A stretch of DNA of 64,000 bases from Eledone cirrhosa. Its lineage: Eukaryota. Numbering within the stretch: position 1 is the stretch's first letter; each line of letters starts with the position of its first letter. A program made the position numbers and the translations under genes. Positions 11,361-28,808 of this stretch are shown here, piece after piece. Location of the stretch: contig OZ024743.1 in the NCBI GenBank assembly GCA_964016885.1, positions 295,430,001 to 295,494,000 on the forward strand. Reading direction: 5' to 3'. Below the pieces are notes generated by a model. The model was not told where the DNA came from and did no database searches. It saw nothing but the letters and a program-made list of their open reading frames with translations.

Positions 11361-14300
11361 GATTCTTATTTGTACATTCCTTTGTTTACACGGAAAATAT
11401 TATTTTAATACACGTTTCCATTCTGGGCAACGACATCTATTGAATCATCCTGGCTTGAATGAAATCAATTCCTTCGAGAGAGAGAGAGGGGGGGGGGGGG
11501 GTTATAGTGATAGTGAGAAAGACATATAAAAGATAAATAGACACCGCAACTAACACGCCATCGAGGTCTGACCAGAATTTCAAACTATTAAGATCACCTT
11601 TCTTTATGTTTAGTCCCAAATATTTGGTAGTTGACTTCATTCGTTGAGCCATGAAATGGTGATAACAACGTAGACGGCACCGTTGTGTCTTAGTTATTTA
11701 GGAGAATAGAGAGAGATAGAGTAAGAAGAGATGTAGAGGGATGATATGAGAGAGAATCATGGGCTTCATAAAGTATTACTTATCTATCCGAAATGACGAG
11801 AGGCAACGGTGACAACAGCGGAATTCGAATGAAGAATGCAGAGAGGCGAAGCACTTACAGCAAATGTTCCATACAACCTTATAGTGACACTGTTAACTCT
11901 CCGATTTACGCTCGCAAGTCATTGACTTCTTTTGTATTTTTTGTTAAGTGCAATGTAAATCTGGCACCCAATCATTTCTAAAGAACTTTAACAGCCCAAC
12001 GACAGAAAATGGTTTCAAGAATTTAACCTGGTCCCCTTCTACCTAGTGAAATGCTTATTCGATTCCAATCATCACTGCCAAAACCTATTAAAAACTGAAT
12101 ATAGTGTACAAAAACACAATCTATCTGTCTATTAGATCTGAAGCCACGATGGAATTGTAGACGCACCGTTACAACATACATGGGTATTTAAATCTGACTG
12201 AGCCGATTCCTTTCTTCGTTTGAACACTATCGATATCTTCAAGAAAAAGGGAGAGATAATAGAAAAATGGATCCGCAGTACAAAATTGATACTTATTTAT
12301 TGATTCCAAAAGGATCAAATGCAAACTTGATCTCAATGCAGTTTGAATTCATAGCGCAGAACACCGGAACAAATAATCTGCCATTACTACAACACCTGAT
12401 TTTAAATAATGCAATATCCAGAAACACTTTCCTCTAAGAAATTATCAATGTGTTTCCATTAGATTACGAAACTGACATTTGTAGAAGATGTGTACACTGC
12501 ATTAAATACCCTTTTAAATTACTGGTACTTCAATTTTATTAGATTAAATCCTATTACAAATTTGATTCCTAATTCTGTCACATATTTTGAGGTTGCTATG
12601 TAATTCATCTAATTGAACCCAGCACTTGAGTAATACTAAGTTTACACTATTACATTTTCATTCGTGCTCAAGGCCAAAGATGATTTCTATGTAAGGTTTT
12701 GACATGCTAGAAGCAACGGGTAAATCTCCTTCCAATTACTCACCACCATCTTGAAAAGGGAAATACGTATACGAATAATGAAATAGTCTGTATGAAAAGG
12801 AAAGCATCGCACCCTCTTTGATTATCCATCTGTTCTATTAGGGCTGACATGAGATTACAATACACCAAAAACATTAGCAAATGTATCACTATCATTGCAA
12901 TTACTCCTCATAAAACTATCTACTTATACCTATTTCATCGACCTTAAGTGATGAGATACAGATACGTACCTGTCAAGGTTTGAACGTAGACCATAAAGAA
13001 ATTAATTTAGATTCGAATATCTAAAGTGTCTGCAAACATCACATTCTCATACGGTGGCATATAAAGAGGGAAAACCTAAGAAAATAAAGAAAATTGTAAT
13101 ATAAAATCTATTATTGATTGTCATAGCACAAATTCTGTTACCATAACACAGAAACAACGGATATATCTAATAAGAAGATATAAATAATAAAATAAAAACA
13201 AATTGCTAGTATTATGCAGCACTTTCTTTCGTAAATGGAATTACAGCAAATAACCCCAAGCATTCGGTTTATATAACCAGAGACATACCACATTATTGTC
13301 GCTTATCATCTACGCTACCAACTACAGTATGTTTATATTGCCATAGTTGTTTAGTTTCATCATGCTTTATCATTTCTTCTGTTATGCACTAATTTGTTAT
13401 ATTTTTGTTGTTTACCGTGAATAATGTTTGCTTTTGAAATACCCCGGAGCTATTCTTTAGGATTTTCGGTTTTATTGCATTCCTAAGTATTTTAGATTCC
13501 TTTATAAACAAATTTGCCAGTAGAGTTTTACGTATTCTATATTTTAAACAGTAACAAAACAAATTGAATATAAGAGGATGTATAATTAAAATACAAAAGT
13601 ACGACATAACTGAATTTATGTATTAACTCGGCTTAAATAAAATACGAAAATCTTTTGTTGCATATTATACATGAGAATTGACAAAAGAATCTTATTAAAT
13701 GTTGTTTTTTAATTCGAAAATTTATATATTAATTTATTCAATCGAATTAAATGTTGATCAATTTCTAATTGTATTTTATTTTATTCTTGTTGGAAATTTT
13801 TTTAGAAATTAGTTCCAAACTTTGTTTTGTTTCAGTAACAATATGATAACAACAACAATAAAATATTCTTCGGGGATAATGAATGAATATTAATGAGATC
13901 AACAGAAGATTAAGAATTGTATGTCTTGAAATGAAATCAAATGTATACGCACAATCACAATCATACATCGCCAAACATATACTAAAACTCAATGTTATCA
14001 CATTTGCGCCGAGATAGTCTAGCTTAGTGATTTTAGATTATATTATATCATTTGTGGAATTAGTGTTGAATTATTTGTTAAAGTTGATGTTTCGAGTTCA
14101 CTTCACATACTTTCAAGATTTATTATTTCTAGATTAGTATGACGATAACACACGCAGAATCGTTTTATTAATTTATATCTATATTGGATTTTTTAGATTA
14201 AATTATAAACTGATAATAACAGCCATATGGAGCTTCATCTGATGTAGATGTCAAATCACCCGATGTGATTCTTGCATTTTTTAACTAATACTACTCGAAT

Positions 14301-15146
14301 TTGTTTTTACTGTGATTGATTTGTTTATTTGTTTTTGCGGTTTATGTCATCTTGTTTTCGACGATAAATAGAATGACTTGTACATAAATTTAGTCGGGAA
14401 GGTAACAGCTGTGTCCATGTGTTTTTTTTCAGGGTCAATGATACATCTAGACAGAATGGAGGTAGATATCCTCAAATTAAGTTCCTAGCTATGGTGCTTG
14501 AAAAATAGAGAACTATTCTAAAGAAATATAAAATTCAGATAATGGCATTGAAGCATGCAAGAGATAAAGTCTAATACTCGAGTACGTTTTATACCGAATA
14601 AGATCACCATCCAAGATTATTCTATGCATACATATATGATTACGTTTTACTGACACAATATTTTAGAGATGTATTTCCAATCATTATCAATCATTTGTAG
14701 GATTTTGCCTATCTATATATTGTTTTGATTCTGGAAGCAGCTCAGTTGGGAGTAGATTCAAGAAATATCTTAGTTAATTTATTTGAAATCTTGTGTAGGA
14801 TACGACTGAAATTCTGGTATTTTCAGAATATATATTGAGGTTTGTAACCTAGGTAGAATATACCTTTTTGTGAGAATGAGGAGAATGAGAAAACCTACGT
14901 TTCTTTGTTTTATATTTTCAGCTGTCTCATGGTAAATAAAATGACTTCAAATTCATATCAAAAGGCGTAGACGTACAAAAGCCACGGATTTTACTCCCTG
15001 TTCTTTTGAGTGTACACCACACTCTTGTGTACTAAACCAAACGAATATATAAATATGTGTGTGTGTGTGTGTGTTTAGTGTGCGTGTGTGTATGTGTGTG
15101 TTTAGTGTGCGTGTGTGTGTGTATGTGTGTGTGTGTGTGTGTGTGT

Positions 15147-15186
<40 letters not shown>

Positions 15187-16206
15187 GTACGTATGTATAG
15201 ATACTAGATAGTCACACATAGCGGCAATATTCACCACCACAACAATGCATATGAATACAACTGTAATTCTGTGCAATAATATGATATACCTGTAAACTCG
15301 ACAAAATAGGAGATTTCAATTCAGATATACTACATAAAGAAATATAATATATTTCTTACGACATACCTCGCATTACTTATTGATATCTCAATGCGTATTC
15401 ACAACTCCTTTAGCCGTTGTTGACCAAAGGGTTTTCACTCTTTTATATGCAGCGTATAAATCAATTTCTAATATCACGGGGTGTTATCTTATAGCGGACA
15501 ATGGAACGGAATGATCACTTTATATGACAGAGACATTTTAATTTTCTAATGAAGTGTAAAGTAATTTTAGCATGCTTTACTAGAACGATGTAACTTTTAG
15601 ATACATGACAGATGACACCTATAAATTACAACCAGGGCACTTTAAGTTTATATAAATGCAATATTTCACCATTGAGAGTGCACAAGAACTCAGTTTTTAG
15701 CAAGTGCTCTAATATTGTCTATAGGTTTTCAAAGCATAACGTATTCAAGCATTTAGTGACTGTTACTTATTTTGCACATGCGTTTGGCAATATAAAACCA
15801 TATGTATAGACACTGCTTTCGAACATACCTTTTATTTCTCAGAACCTATCTGCCGCACATGGGGTCACAAACTTCTTGGAATAACATAGAGGAGCTGAAC
15901 CTTCTCTTCACGCATTCAAATTAGTACGAACGACTACGACAATGTAAAGCTCACACTTTTTACTTTTATCACTCAAAATGTGCAGTAGACGTGAGAACAA
16001 ATGATCCATCGCCGATACTGCTACTTCAATACTGAATTGCTGTAGCGGCCTTGGAGGTAGTGACATGATATACCCAAGATGATATATATGTTCGTCGCTT
16101 TCAGAGGCCATATTGCAGAATAGCTGCACTAATGAAGATGTAGAAAGTCTGGTCATATACAATAGTGAGTCAACATTCAGATAAATATGTGTATACATGT
16201 ATTATA

Positions 16207-16399
<193 letters not shown>

Positions 16400-16925
16400 A
16401 GTATGTATATGTATATACGTACATACATAAACACAGTGAGTAAGATAGATGAACAAAGACACGCTGATTGAAGATGACCGAAAGACACACTTCTTGAATT
16501 GTTCATGAAATAACTAATTCTAGATATATATTTTTCTACTGTTATTGTTGGTTTTTCCCTGCACGACATCAGTTGTGATGATGAAAACAAACTAAAAAGC
16601 TACAGAACTACCATCTATCTTAATTCCATCTAGATATCGTTCACTTTGTTAATTTATTTTTTTCTGTTTTCTTCTATTTTATATTCGGTCATTTCATAAA
16701 ATGAAATATCTTCTGTCTCTTCTGTCTAGATTTGGCTTGTAACAGCAATTAATTTATGTATTTGTCTGGCAAGAACTATGAGAATTCGCAATACATCTTT
16801 CTCCGTATTTTTCCTGATTTTTCTTTTTGTCTTATTTATTCATACAGATACACATATATACAGATATATTGCGTGTTTGGTTTTCGACGAGACCTACATA
16901 TATATATATGTGTTTGTGTGTGTGC

Positions 16926-17019
<94 letters not shown>

Positions 17020-17547
17020 GGGGATGTACGTGTGTGTGTGTTTGTGAATTGCAAAATATGTTTCAGTTATATTCATTATATTCATTTGAGGTATGTTTAT
17101 TTAAATTAGAATTAGTTAAACTAATTCATAATTTTAATTTATTTTTAATTAGTTACATCATTTAGCATTTCACCTATAATACACTGACCGATACTGAAAC
17201 AAAACGTAATCTTCTCATTTAATCACGCAAATTTATTTCCCTTATTCCAGATCAAATAGTTTCTTCCACAACCACGGTGACTGACTGAAACACAGGACAC
17301 ACATGATGTGTACGGCTGCTAAGTTATAGTTATTATGATTTAAATATTTAGAATATCCTCGGTATGTAAATTCACCTATAGATATTTTGGTGGTGTAAAG
17401 CATTGTCATATTTCTGAAGGCAATTGGCAGTGCCAGGAGCTTCAGTGATCTCTCGAGGAACATAAATACACATAGAGTTACATCTATGTACACACATTTT
17501 CTTTTTTATTCAATAAACGAAATCTGTTAAAGTAATTTCACACACAC

Positions 17548-17583
<36 letters not shown>

Positions 17584-17622
17584 CGTTTCGTATTGGCAAC
17601 ATGACCCTCCCAAAGCATAATA

Positions 17623-18187
<565 letters not shown>

Positions 18188-18299
18188 TAAGAGGAATTCC
18201 AACTTTGTCTGATTTACTCGTTTTATTTACCATCCTTTAAAATTTATAATGGTATTAGAATGAAATAGTATGATAGAATATTAAATGTTAAGTGTTAAT

Positions 18300-18339
18300 T
18301 GAACAAGTACTTTCATATTTTTTGCAATCTTCAGGTTCA
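18300..18339 (-). ncRNA. Hammerhead copy in the left arm, stem II disrupted
   Basis: Same core and stems I/III as 20857-20895, but stem II reads TTGCAAAAAATAT. Confidence 0.6.
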
Positions 18340-20856
18340 TAATGTGTGGTGACAGTCAAGTTTGCAATTTTCAACTGTAGTGAGATGGGTAAATTTTGTA
18401 CCTTATATACAGTGAAATGTGCCTCCAGAATGCTAAATCTTGCAAACTTTATTTCGACCAATCAGTGTGGAGTTTCACTGAATTACTAAAGCTGATTGGT
18501 GTAGGCGTCACGGTTGGTTGAGCATGTCTAACGACCACTAATTGATCCTATCCAAAGCATCAATTGTTTTGCTATTTTTAGAAATGATGAAAATAGCATT
18601 TTCTAGTAATCATCACCATCAACATCACTTTTATTATTATTATTATTGTTGTTGTTGTTGTTAGTAGTCGTAGTCGACATGGTCGTAGTCATAGTCATAG
18701 TAGAAGTAATACCGCTAAGCATTATTATTGTTCATTTAGCTTGGGTTTGAATTTATCAATACAATTCTTTTCTTTGATTTTTCTCTTGATTTCACTTGGG
18801 CTGTGTAATTTGTAGAATGGGAATATTATAAATATTCCTTGACCACATGTTGCTAGATGGTTACTTAGGGGTATCTGACGGACATTTGGGACTCTGATTT
18901 GCTGACGGTCTACCTGTGCACGTTCTGATAGTGCATTTCCAGTTTGACCGACATATAGTTCTTTACAATTCGGGCATTTAATGCAGTAAATTAGATTTCT
19001 GCTTTTGCAGTTCATATTTGCATTTGGGAATATTTTCCAGTTTTTGTTTTCATATATTGACCGGCATGTATGGATTGACATGTGCCGCATCGACTATCAT
19101 TGCATTTAGATACAGTGAATGATTGGTCCTTGTTGTTAAGGTCAAACTTTGATTTTGTTAGTAATTGCTTCAAATTTTTCGGCTGTCTTTTACTAAGAGT
19201 CAAAGATCGATCTGTGATTAAGCTTTTTAATTCATTACTTTGAGCAATGATCGGTAGGTTTGCTTTGGCAGTGTTGAAGATATTCTGGTGACATGGGTTG
19301 TGTGTCATTATAAATGGTATGACCAGTTCTTGGTTTCTTCTTCCTTGGGTTGTCCTAAGTTGTTGTATAGGTATTTTTATAGCCCGCTGTATGCCATTTT
19401 CTATAAGTAGAGATGAGTATTTTTGTTTGAGCAAAAATTCTCTTAGTTCTGTTAGGCGTTTGTACCTGGTATTCGTATCTTCTACAATGGTACAAATTCT
19501 TTTGGCTAGGCAGTATGGGATGTTGCGTTTTGTATGAGGTGGATGGCACGACTAAAATTCAGATATTGATGGGTGTCTGTGTGTTTATAATATATATCCG
19601 TGGTAATATATTATAAACATATATATTATAAACACACAGACACCCATCAATATCTGAATTTTACAAAACGCAACATCCCATACTGCCTAGCCAAAAGAAT
19701 TTGTACCATTGTAGAAGATACGAATACCAGGTACAAACGCCTAACAGAACTAAGAGGATGTTTGCTCAAACAAAAATACCCATCTCTACTTATAGAAAAT
19801 GGCATACAGCGGGCTATAAAAATACTTATACAACAACTTAGGACAACCCAAGGAAGAAGAAACCAAGAACTGGTCATACCATTTATAATGACACACAACC
19901 CATGTCACTAGAATATCTTCAACACTGCCAAAGCAAACCTACCGATCATTGCTCAAAGTAATGAATTAAAAGGCTTAATCACAGATCGATCTTTGACTCT
20001 TAGTAAAAGACAGCCGAAAAATTTGAAGCAATTACTAACAAAAGCAAAGTTTGACCTTAACAACAAAGACCAATCATTCACTGTATCTAAATGCAATGAT
20101 AGTCGATGCGGCACATGTCAATCCATACACGCCGGTCAATATATGAAAACAAAAACTGGAAAATATTCCCAAATGCAAATATGAACTGCAAAAGCAGCAA
20201 TCTAATTTACTGCATTAAATGCCCGAATTGTGAAGAACTATATGTCGGTCAAACTGGAAATGTACTATCAGAACGTGCACGGGTACACCGTCAGCAAATC
20301 ATAGACCCAAATGTCCGTCAGATACCCCTAAGTAGCCATCTAGCAACATGTGGTCAAGGAATATTTATAATATTCCCATTCTACAAATTACACAGCCCAA
20401 GTGAAATCAAGAGAAAAATCAAAGAAAAGAATGTTATTGATAAATTCAAACCCAAGCTAAATGAACAATAATAATGCTTAGGGGTATTACTTCTACTATG
20501 ACTATGACTACTACCATGTCGACTACGACCACTAACAACAACAACAACAATAATAATAATAATAAAAGTGATGTTGATTGTGATGATTACTAGAAAATGC
20601 TATTTTCATCATTTCTAAAAATAGCAAAACAATTGATGCTTTGGATAGGATCAATTAGTGGTCGTTAGACATGCTCAACCAACCGTGACGCCTAAACCAA
20701 TCAGCTTTAGTAATTCAGTGAAACTCCACACCGATTGGTCGAAATACAGTTTGCAAGATTTAGCATTTTGGAGGCACTTTTCACTGTATATATTGTAGAA
20801 AATTTACCCATCTCACTACAGTTGAAAATTGCAAACTTGACTGTCACCACACATTA

Positions 20857-20895
20857 TGAACCTGAAGATTGCGAAAGCATGAAAGTACTTGTTCA
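20857..20895 (+). ncRNA. Minimal type I hammerhead ribozyme in the PLE 3 3' region
   Basis: TGAAC-CTGAAGA-T TGC GAAA GCA T-GAAA-GTAC-TT-GTTCA: 5-bp stem I, intact core, GNRA-capped stem II, palindromic stem III. Confidence 0.85.
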
Positions 20896-21103
20896 ATTAA
20901 CACTTAACATTTAATATTCTATCATACTATTTCATTCTAATACCATTATAAATTTTAAAGGATTGTAAATAAAACGAGTAAATCAGACAAAGTTGGAATT
21001 CCTCTTATTAATATAATCTTCTATACACAACCATACACAACCGTGTATATTTATCTATCTATCTATATATATATATATACACACTTATACATATACATAT
21101 ATT

Positions 21104-21210
<107 letters not shown>

Positions 21211-21659
21211 AGATAGATATAGATATAGATAGATAGATAGATAGATAGATATACGCATTTCGCACACATTCACACAGAACGTGTCTGCTGGTGTATGTCC
21301 GTTTCTATTTCACAGACAGCGTCGTAAATAAGGGATCCATGCAGTTAAATACCTGACGATTATACATGTAAACGTTCAGTAAATATTGCCTGAGGGGGTC
21401 ACTTCATGAACTGCTGCATATGTGGCTGTTTGGGCTGATCCTATATTGCCAAATTATTAATTCTACTTTCTGTAAGGAGTACTCCTTTTCAACTCTGGAT
21501 GTATATTTTACGTGATGAAAACCATGATGAAAACATGATACAATCCCCTTAAGCAGTCACATTGGAACCTGTATAGCAGTAGACTAACCCAACTTCAAAT
21601 TTTCCCCTCTACGCTTTCACTAAACACAGACAATAAATAAAGAAACACGTTTAATTTAC

Positions 21660-21885
21660 AAATATCTCTTCTTCGTTGTCCATCGTAAAACGATGATGAA
21701 ATCTTTATTTTAGTTCTCGTCTGCCGTGGGCACGAAGGTGGCTGTTGAGGCCGATCCTTGACTTGCAGGCACAGGGACAGTGGGGGCAGGGGAAGAGGCC
21801 GGAGCCGCTTGAGGCAGCTGCTGGTGCCGTCCTCCTCCCTTCACGGGCCTCAGTGACCTCTGCCCGTCTCTTCTCTTCAAAAGAG
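21660..21885 (-). mobile_element. 5'-truncated RTE-clade LINE (C-terminal C2H2 finger and 3' UTR)
   Basis: GC-rich island. A frame not listed in the ORF track reads FEEKRRAE...FPCPHCPCACKSRIGLNSHLRAH..*, the SRIGLxSH ending typical of RTE/BovB-like ORFs. Confidence 0.8.
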
Positions 21886-22869
21886 AATATAAACTACATA
21901 TATAAACTATAATTAAACTACAAATATAAACTACAATTAAATATATAATTGTACTCCATTTGACGATAGATAATAATCTATAGATGGGAATAACCCATTT
22001 ACACACATCTGTAAGTTACCCTATGCCTGCACACAGAAAGGCATACACACACACACACGCTACAATACAAATATAACTCTATAGAAACCTCCAATATAAA
22101 CTTTTTTAGTCGGATTTGTATAAAACATCTTCCATAAACCTCTTATTTAACAAATATAAACCCCCTCCCCAAAGTACCACATTCATTCATGTTTATATTT
22201 ATATATATTTATTTTTATTCACTTCTTGAATTCTTGACACATTGGACCCCCCTCACAAACACACAGACACACACACACCGTAAGGCAAATGGAAAGCTCA
22301 CAACATTCCTAAAATCATCACAACACCAAAAAATAAATCTTCATGATTAAAAACATGTCTTTTTATATATATACCTTAGCTATTTTAGCTATTTTTAAAA
22401 CCCTGAAAATTACTTGAATATTGACATAATGAAACAACACCTAAATACACACACACACACATAAAAGAACAACAGAATGTCATGTGAACCTTTATTCTGG
22501 ATTCAAAAGCAACTTTTAGTGGCATATTTTACTAGTAAATCAATTGAATCTGTTGAACCCAAATTCCAGCTTCAGCACCGCACCTTCATAAAGAACATAT
22601 ATATATGAGAAGAAAGTTTGACATAAAATTCACATCTATTCTAAATGTCCAAATATGTAAACAAAATTTTTTAAACATTTGATGAGGTGCACATAACTAT
22701 CGAAACCAGTAATATTTGATAACATTTGAATCTATTTGTCTTCTTCTTCTTCTCCTTCTTCTTCAATAAGGTAACTGTCGTCCTAATCCAACGATCACTA
22801 AGTATCACCGTGTGTAGAGCCGAAGATGGAGTCCAACACCCTAGTGTTAAGGGTGTTGGACTTATGTTT

Positions 22870-23110
22870 ATGATGTCGTGGGTTAGGTTCTTGGGCTAGG
22901 TTGTGCGCTGTGTTCATGAGCAAAACACTTAATTTCACGTTGCTCCACTATACTCAGCTGAAAATGAGTACCAACAATAGCTGGGGGTTTACCTCTGCGA
23001 TGGACTGGCATCCAGTCCAGGAAGCAGTCTTCTACTCTCAGTCACTTCACGCAATGAAACCGGTATAAGCACCGGCCTAACGAACCTACTGACTTAAGAC
23101 AGACTTTAGA
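22870..23110 (+). mobile_element. SINE with a V-domain-like core
   Basis: GCGATGGACTGGCATCCAGTCCAGG ... GAAACCGGTATAAGCACCGGCC ... AGACTTTA resembles widespread metazoan SINE cores (from recall). Confidence 0.5.
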
Positions 23111-23271
23111 CATTTAATATCTCAATTAGACAATTTCCGCTTCTACTTTTTACCTATATAAATATAGGTGTTGTACAGATAGTTTTCCCCTGCAGATTTT
23201 ATAAGCCCATCATATAAGACTATTTTTCGTAGTCAAACAACATTGATGCTTCTTTTAAATTCACACCCACC

Positions 23272-24699
<1,428 letters not shown>

Positions 24700-24700
<1 letters not shown>

Positions 24701-27700
24701 AAAAAAACTTTGAAATGTTTTGGCCAGTATTGGCCCAGGCCATGTCTAACTTAATAGCACCACCTGGCGAAGTCTTTCAATTCAGGATTTGGGCACCATG
24801 GCCCATTCGAGAAGAGAATTACTGTTTGCGGAGACATATCCGGGTGTGGGTGGTTTGTCCGGGATTACTTGGAGGAATTTGTCCAAAGACTTCTTGAATT
24901 TTGTGTGGTCAGTTTCTGTTTTGACGTGTCCTGGTGTGATGTTGAAGAGAGCAGGGCCGATTGAGGTGAAATAATTGTGCCGTATTGTTGTTATGAGTTG
25001 CGATTTAGATTTTTGAATGGGACGGATAGCACGGGGCCCAAGCCTTGGGTGTATCTTGAAGGCGATGCCAACATCATTTGGGCAGTGATGATGGAACATT
25101 TTCCACATCATGCAGATAATATAACGCTCACGGCGACGTTGGAGTGAGTAAAGTTTCAGGTTTTCCAATCGACCCCAGTAGTCAAGGTCTGACATGCCAT
25201 CTATCTTTTTCGTGATTGCCCTTTGAGGAGCTTCAAGTTTCATGATACTTTGTTTCGTGTGGGGAGACCACAGTGGACAACAGTATTCAAGGTGTGGTCG
25301 GGCGAAAGTAGAGAAGAGAAGGATAATGGTGCGGGAATCTCTCGACTGGAAGGTTCTGAGGATCCAGGAACACATTCTGCGGGCCATGTCAACTTTGCTG
25401 CTTATATGCGTGGTCCAGCTTATGTTGCTGTCCACGGTTACTCCCAAGTCTCTGATGTTGTTAGATGCCACGAGAGTTTCCCCGGAGGGAAGGGAGTACG
25501 GGAGTTTCAGAGCATCCTCTTTTCCAAAGTGGATCAGTTCGAATTTGTCTTCGTTCAGTAACATGTTGTTCTTTTCTGCCCATTGGGTAACAGCCAGTAG
25601 GTCTGACTGAAGGCTTATCCGGTCATCCACGCCATTGATGACCTTTTGGAGCTTGGAATCATCAGCGAAAATTTTAATGTTGCTGTGTTTGATGATGTCA
25701 GTGATGTCATTAATATAGATGATGAAGAGAAGTGGGCCCAACACAGTGCCTTGTGGGACTCCACTACTGACTTTGGCTGGGCTTGATTTGACTCCCTCAA
25801 CTACAACATGTTGGGTTCTGTTTGACAGGAAGCTCTTGATCCACTGCAGCAGCTTTCCAGTGACACCAATATTGGACAGCTTTCTCAGTAGAATGTTATG
25901 ATCAACCCTGTCAAAGGCCTTGCTGAAATCAAGGTAGATAACATCAGTGTTGGAACCCTCTCCCAAGGCTCTCAAAATGTCATCAAAGTGATGCAGTAGT
26001 TGCGTCAGGCAATCCCTTCCATTACGGAATCCATGCTGGTTGGAGTTCAGCATATTGTTACTCTCAAGGAAGTGGGTCATTCGCGATCTCACCACTCGCT
26101 CAAATACCTTAATGATATGAGAGGTGAGTGAGATTGGACGGTAATTCACGGCAAGGGATTTGTTTCCCTTTTTGAAAACTGGGACAACAGACTGGGATAG
26201 AAGGTTTTCTGGCACATATCCAGCATCCAGTGAGTTCCGCCACAGATTGGCAAGAGGAGAAGCAAGTTGGTGTTGACACGCCTTCAAGACACAAGCAGGG
26301 AACCTATCGGGACCTACTGCTGAATTATGCTTGATTTCCTTTATTGCCGCCAAGACATCAGGGGCGCCAAACGTTATGTCCGATAAGGTGTAATGGGGAG
26401 TAACATCGCCGATACAGCCCAGATCGGCCATATCAGGATTGCTGAAAACAGAGCAGTATTGTTTCTGCAGTATCTCACCCATGGTTTTAGCATTGTCTTG
26501 AAGAGTGCCATTTTCATCAATTAGAGGGCCAACAGTAGAGCCAGTGATTTTGTGTTTTTTTGCAAATGAAAAGAACACTTTGGGATTGAGTTTGATCTTC
26601 TCAATGGCACAGGCCTCTTCAGCTCTTCTCTGATTGTTGATGAGGGACATTATGTTGTTTTGGAGGTTATGTTTTTTAATCTCTAGTGATGAAATGGCAG
26701 TCAAGTTGATGTGTTGCTGCTGACAGTATTTCAGCTTGTTGATTTTTTTGTTCGTTCTCTTAATTTTTCTGATGAGTGTTTTTCTATTTCTAGGGATTCT
26801 GCTCTTAGATTTGTTTATAGTTCTTAATGGGGTGTGTTTAGCACATATGTTTGTAACAGTGTCCACAAATGTCTGCCAGGACTTTTTGATGTTAGTGGGT
26901 GTATGAGTGTGCGTGAAGGACCAGTCGACATGTGCAAGATCATGACTGATCGCTTCCCAGTTTGCATTGTGGAAATCCATAGCGTCAAACGGATGGACAG
27001 GAGAAATGACATTGGGTTTGTATATTGGACGGTGGAATCTCAGATCACAGAGAACCATGTCATGATCAGAGAGTAGAGTTTTCTCCACTGCAATATTGTG
27101 GATATTGTCAGTGTGATTGCTGAAAATTAAGTCTAGGACGTTTTTGTGGCACCTCGTTGGTTCGAGAACTAGTTGGGATAGGAAGAAATCATCCATGAAG
27201 TCAAGAAGCGATTCCACAGCTTCCCTGTCAGAGGTTGAGGCAGAAGAACCTGGTGGCAGGGTGTTTGTGGACCAGTCAACTCCGGGGAGGTTGAAGTCCC
27301 CCATCATTAAGATGTTGTCAGGGTGACACTCTTGGATGAAACACTTTATGCTGTTGAGGCATTCCTTGAAGCATGGTACAGGCGTTTGGGGTGGCCTATA
27401 GAGCCCAACTACTAATAGGTTGTTGGTTTGACTGAATACAGTGACTGCCTCACAGTATCCATTAGTGAATATGTTCATAGCCTCTGTTGAGAAAGAATTA
27501 TGGACATAAATGGCAGTTCCGCCCTTTCTTCTGCCAGCGCGATCAGCACGGATGGCTTTGAAATTTTTCACTTTCACCTCGGCTTCCAAGTGGAGGTTAC
27601 TGAGATGGGTTTCAGTGAGGACGAAGAAAGGGATGTGGTTTGGATGGACATCAATCCAGTCCTCCAGGAATTTGATCTTCCATTTTTGAGTATTGGTGGA

Positions 27701-28125
27701 AGGGCTGATGCCTTGGGCGTTAAGCAAAAATGTAGAGGCGAGAGTGGATGGTTTTAATTGTTTTGGTGTGTTGTTAATTTGTTTGTTTGTTAATGGCAGC
27801 AATGGGAGTTTGTGCAGTGGGGTGATAGTGGAGGGTGGTGCTGGGTGATAGCTCGAATGTTTTTTTCCAGTTCTTTTGCCAGATTCATTATGGCTAAAAA
27901 AGAGGAAGAAGTTTCCTGTTTAGAAGACTGTTGGTGACTGTGGTAGTGGTTATTTTTATGTAGGTTATGGTTTTTGTTTTTGCTTTTATTTTTAATTTTA
28001 TTTTCATTTATCCGACGGGTCCCCGGGAGATGGGTAAAGGGACAATCCCGGTCTAAACACAATCTGTCTCGCAGGGAAAAACGGCAGATTTGTGGATTCC
28101 TTGTTTGAGTTATTGGTGGTTGTGT
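24700..28125 (-). mobile_element. 5'-truncated CR1/L2-group LINE embedded in (TA)n
   Basis: ORF1 remnant at 27790-28125 with a CCCH finger ([22 protein letters not shown]) overlapping the ORF2 start. Short 3' UTR. TA arrays on both sides. Confidence 0.88.
24782..27802 (-). CDS. LINE ORF2 (AP endonuclease + reverse transcriptase), CR1/L2 group, open reading frame
   Basis: 1006 aa with no stops. APE motifs: LNAQG, LTETHL, YRPP, GDFN, LDL, SDH. RT motifs: [34 protein letters not shown]-terminal [11 protein letters not shown]. Confidence 0.95.
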   Translation of the reverse strand: MLPLTNKQINNTPKQLKPSTLASTFLLNAQGISPSTNTQKWKIKFLEDWIDVHPNHIPFFVLTETHLSNLHLEAEVKVKNFKAIRADRAGRRKGGTAIYVHNSFSTEAMNIFTNGYCEAVTVFSQTNNLLVVGLYRPPQTPVPCFKECLNSIKCFIQECHPDNILMMGDFNLPGVDWSTNTLPPGSSASTSDREAVESLLDFMDDFFLSQLVLEPTRCHKNVLDLIFSNHTDNIHNIAVEKTLLSDHDMVLCDLRFHRPIYKPNVISPVHPFDAMDFHNANWEAISHDLAHVDWSFTHTHTPTNIKKSWQTFVDTVTNICAKHTPLRTINKSKSRIPRNRKTLIRKIKRTNKKINKLKYCQQQHINLTAISSLEIKKHNLQNNIMSLINNQRRAEEACAIEKIKLNPKVFFSFAKKHKITGSTVGPLIDENGTLQDNAKTMGEILQKQYCSVFSNPDMADLGCIGDVTPHYTLSDITFGAPDVLAAIKEIKHNSAVGPDRFPACVLKACQHQLASPLANLWRNSLDAGYVPENLLSQSVVPVFKKGNKSLAVNYRPISLTSHIIKVFERVVRSRMTHFLESNNMLNSNQHGFRNGRDCLTQLLHHFDDILRALGEGSNTDVIYLDFSKAFDRVDHNILLRKLSNIGVTGKLLQWIKSFLSNRTQHVVVEGVKSSPAKVSSGVPQGTVLGPLLFIIYINDITDIIKHSNIKIFADDSKLQKVINGVDDRISLQSDLLAVTQWAEKNNMLLNEDKFELIHFGKEDALKLPYSLPSGETLVASNNIRDLGVTVDSNISWTTHISSKVDMARRMCSWILRTFQSRDSRTIILLFSTFARPHLEYCCPLWSPHTKQSIMKLEAPQRAITKKIDGMSDLDYWGRLENLKLYSLQRRRERYIICMMWKMFHHHCPNDVGIAFKIHPRLGPRAIRPIQKSKSQLITTIRHNYFTSIGPALFNITPGHVKTETDHTKFKKSLDKFLQVIPDKPPTPGYVSANSNSLLEWAMVPKS

Positions 28126-28161
28126 ATACACATATATATATATACATATATATATATATAC

Positions 28162-28808
<647 letters not shown>

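Noticed and set aside
14433-14931. Plus-strand micro-exon candidates (e.g. 14922-14931) and AG|GT at ~60067-60070
   Set aside because: Such motifs are frequent by chance in AT-rich DNA, and no consistent gene model links them.
21710-22006. 98-aa ORF as a host gene
   Set aside because: Wrong frame of the RTE LINE fragment plus flanking low-complexity DNA.
22830-22862. 13-bp hairpin AGTCCAACACCCT/AGGGTGTTGGACT
   Set aside because: Small local fold-back at a SINE 5' end, with no evidence of function.
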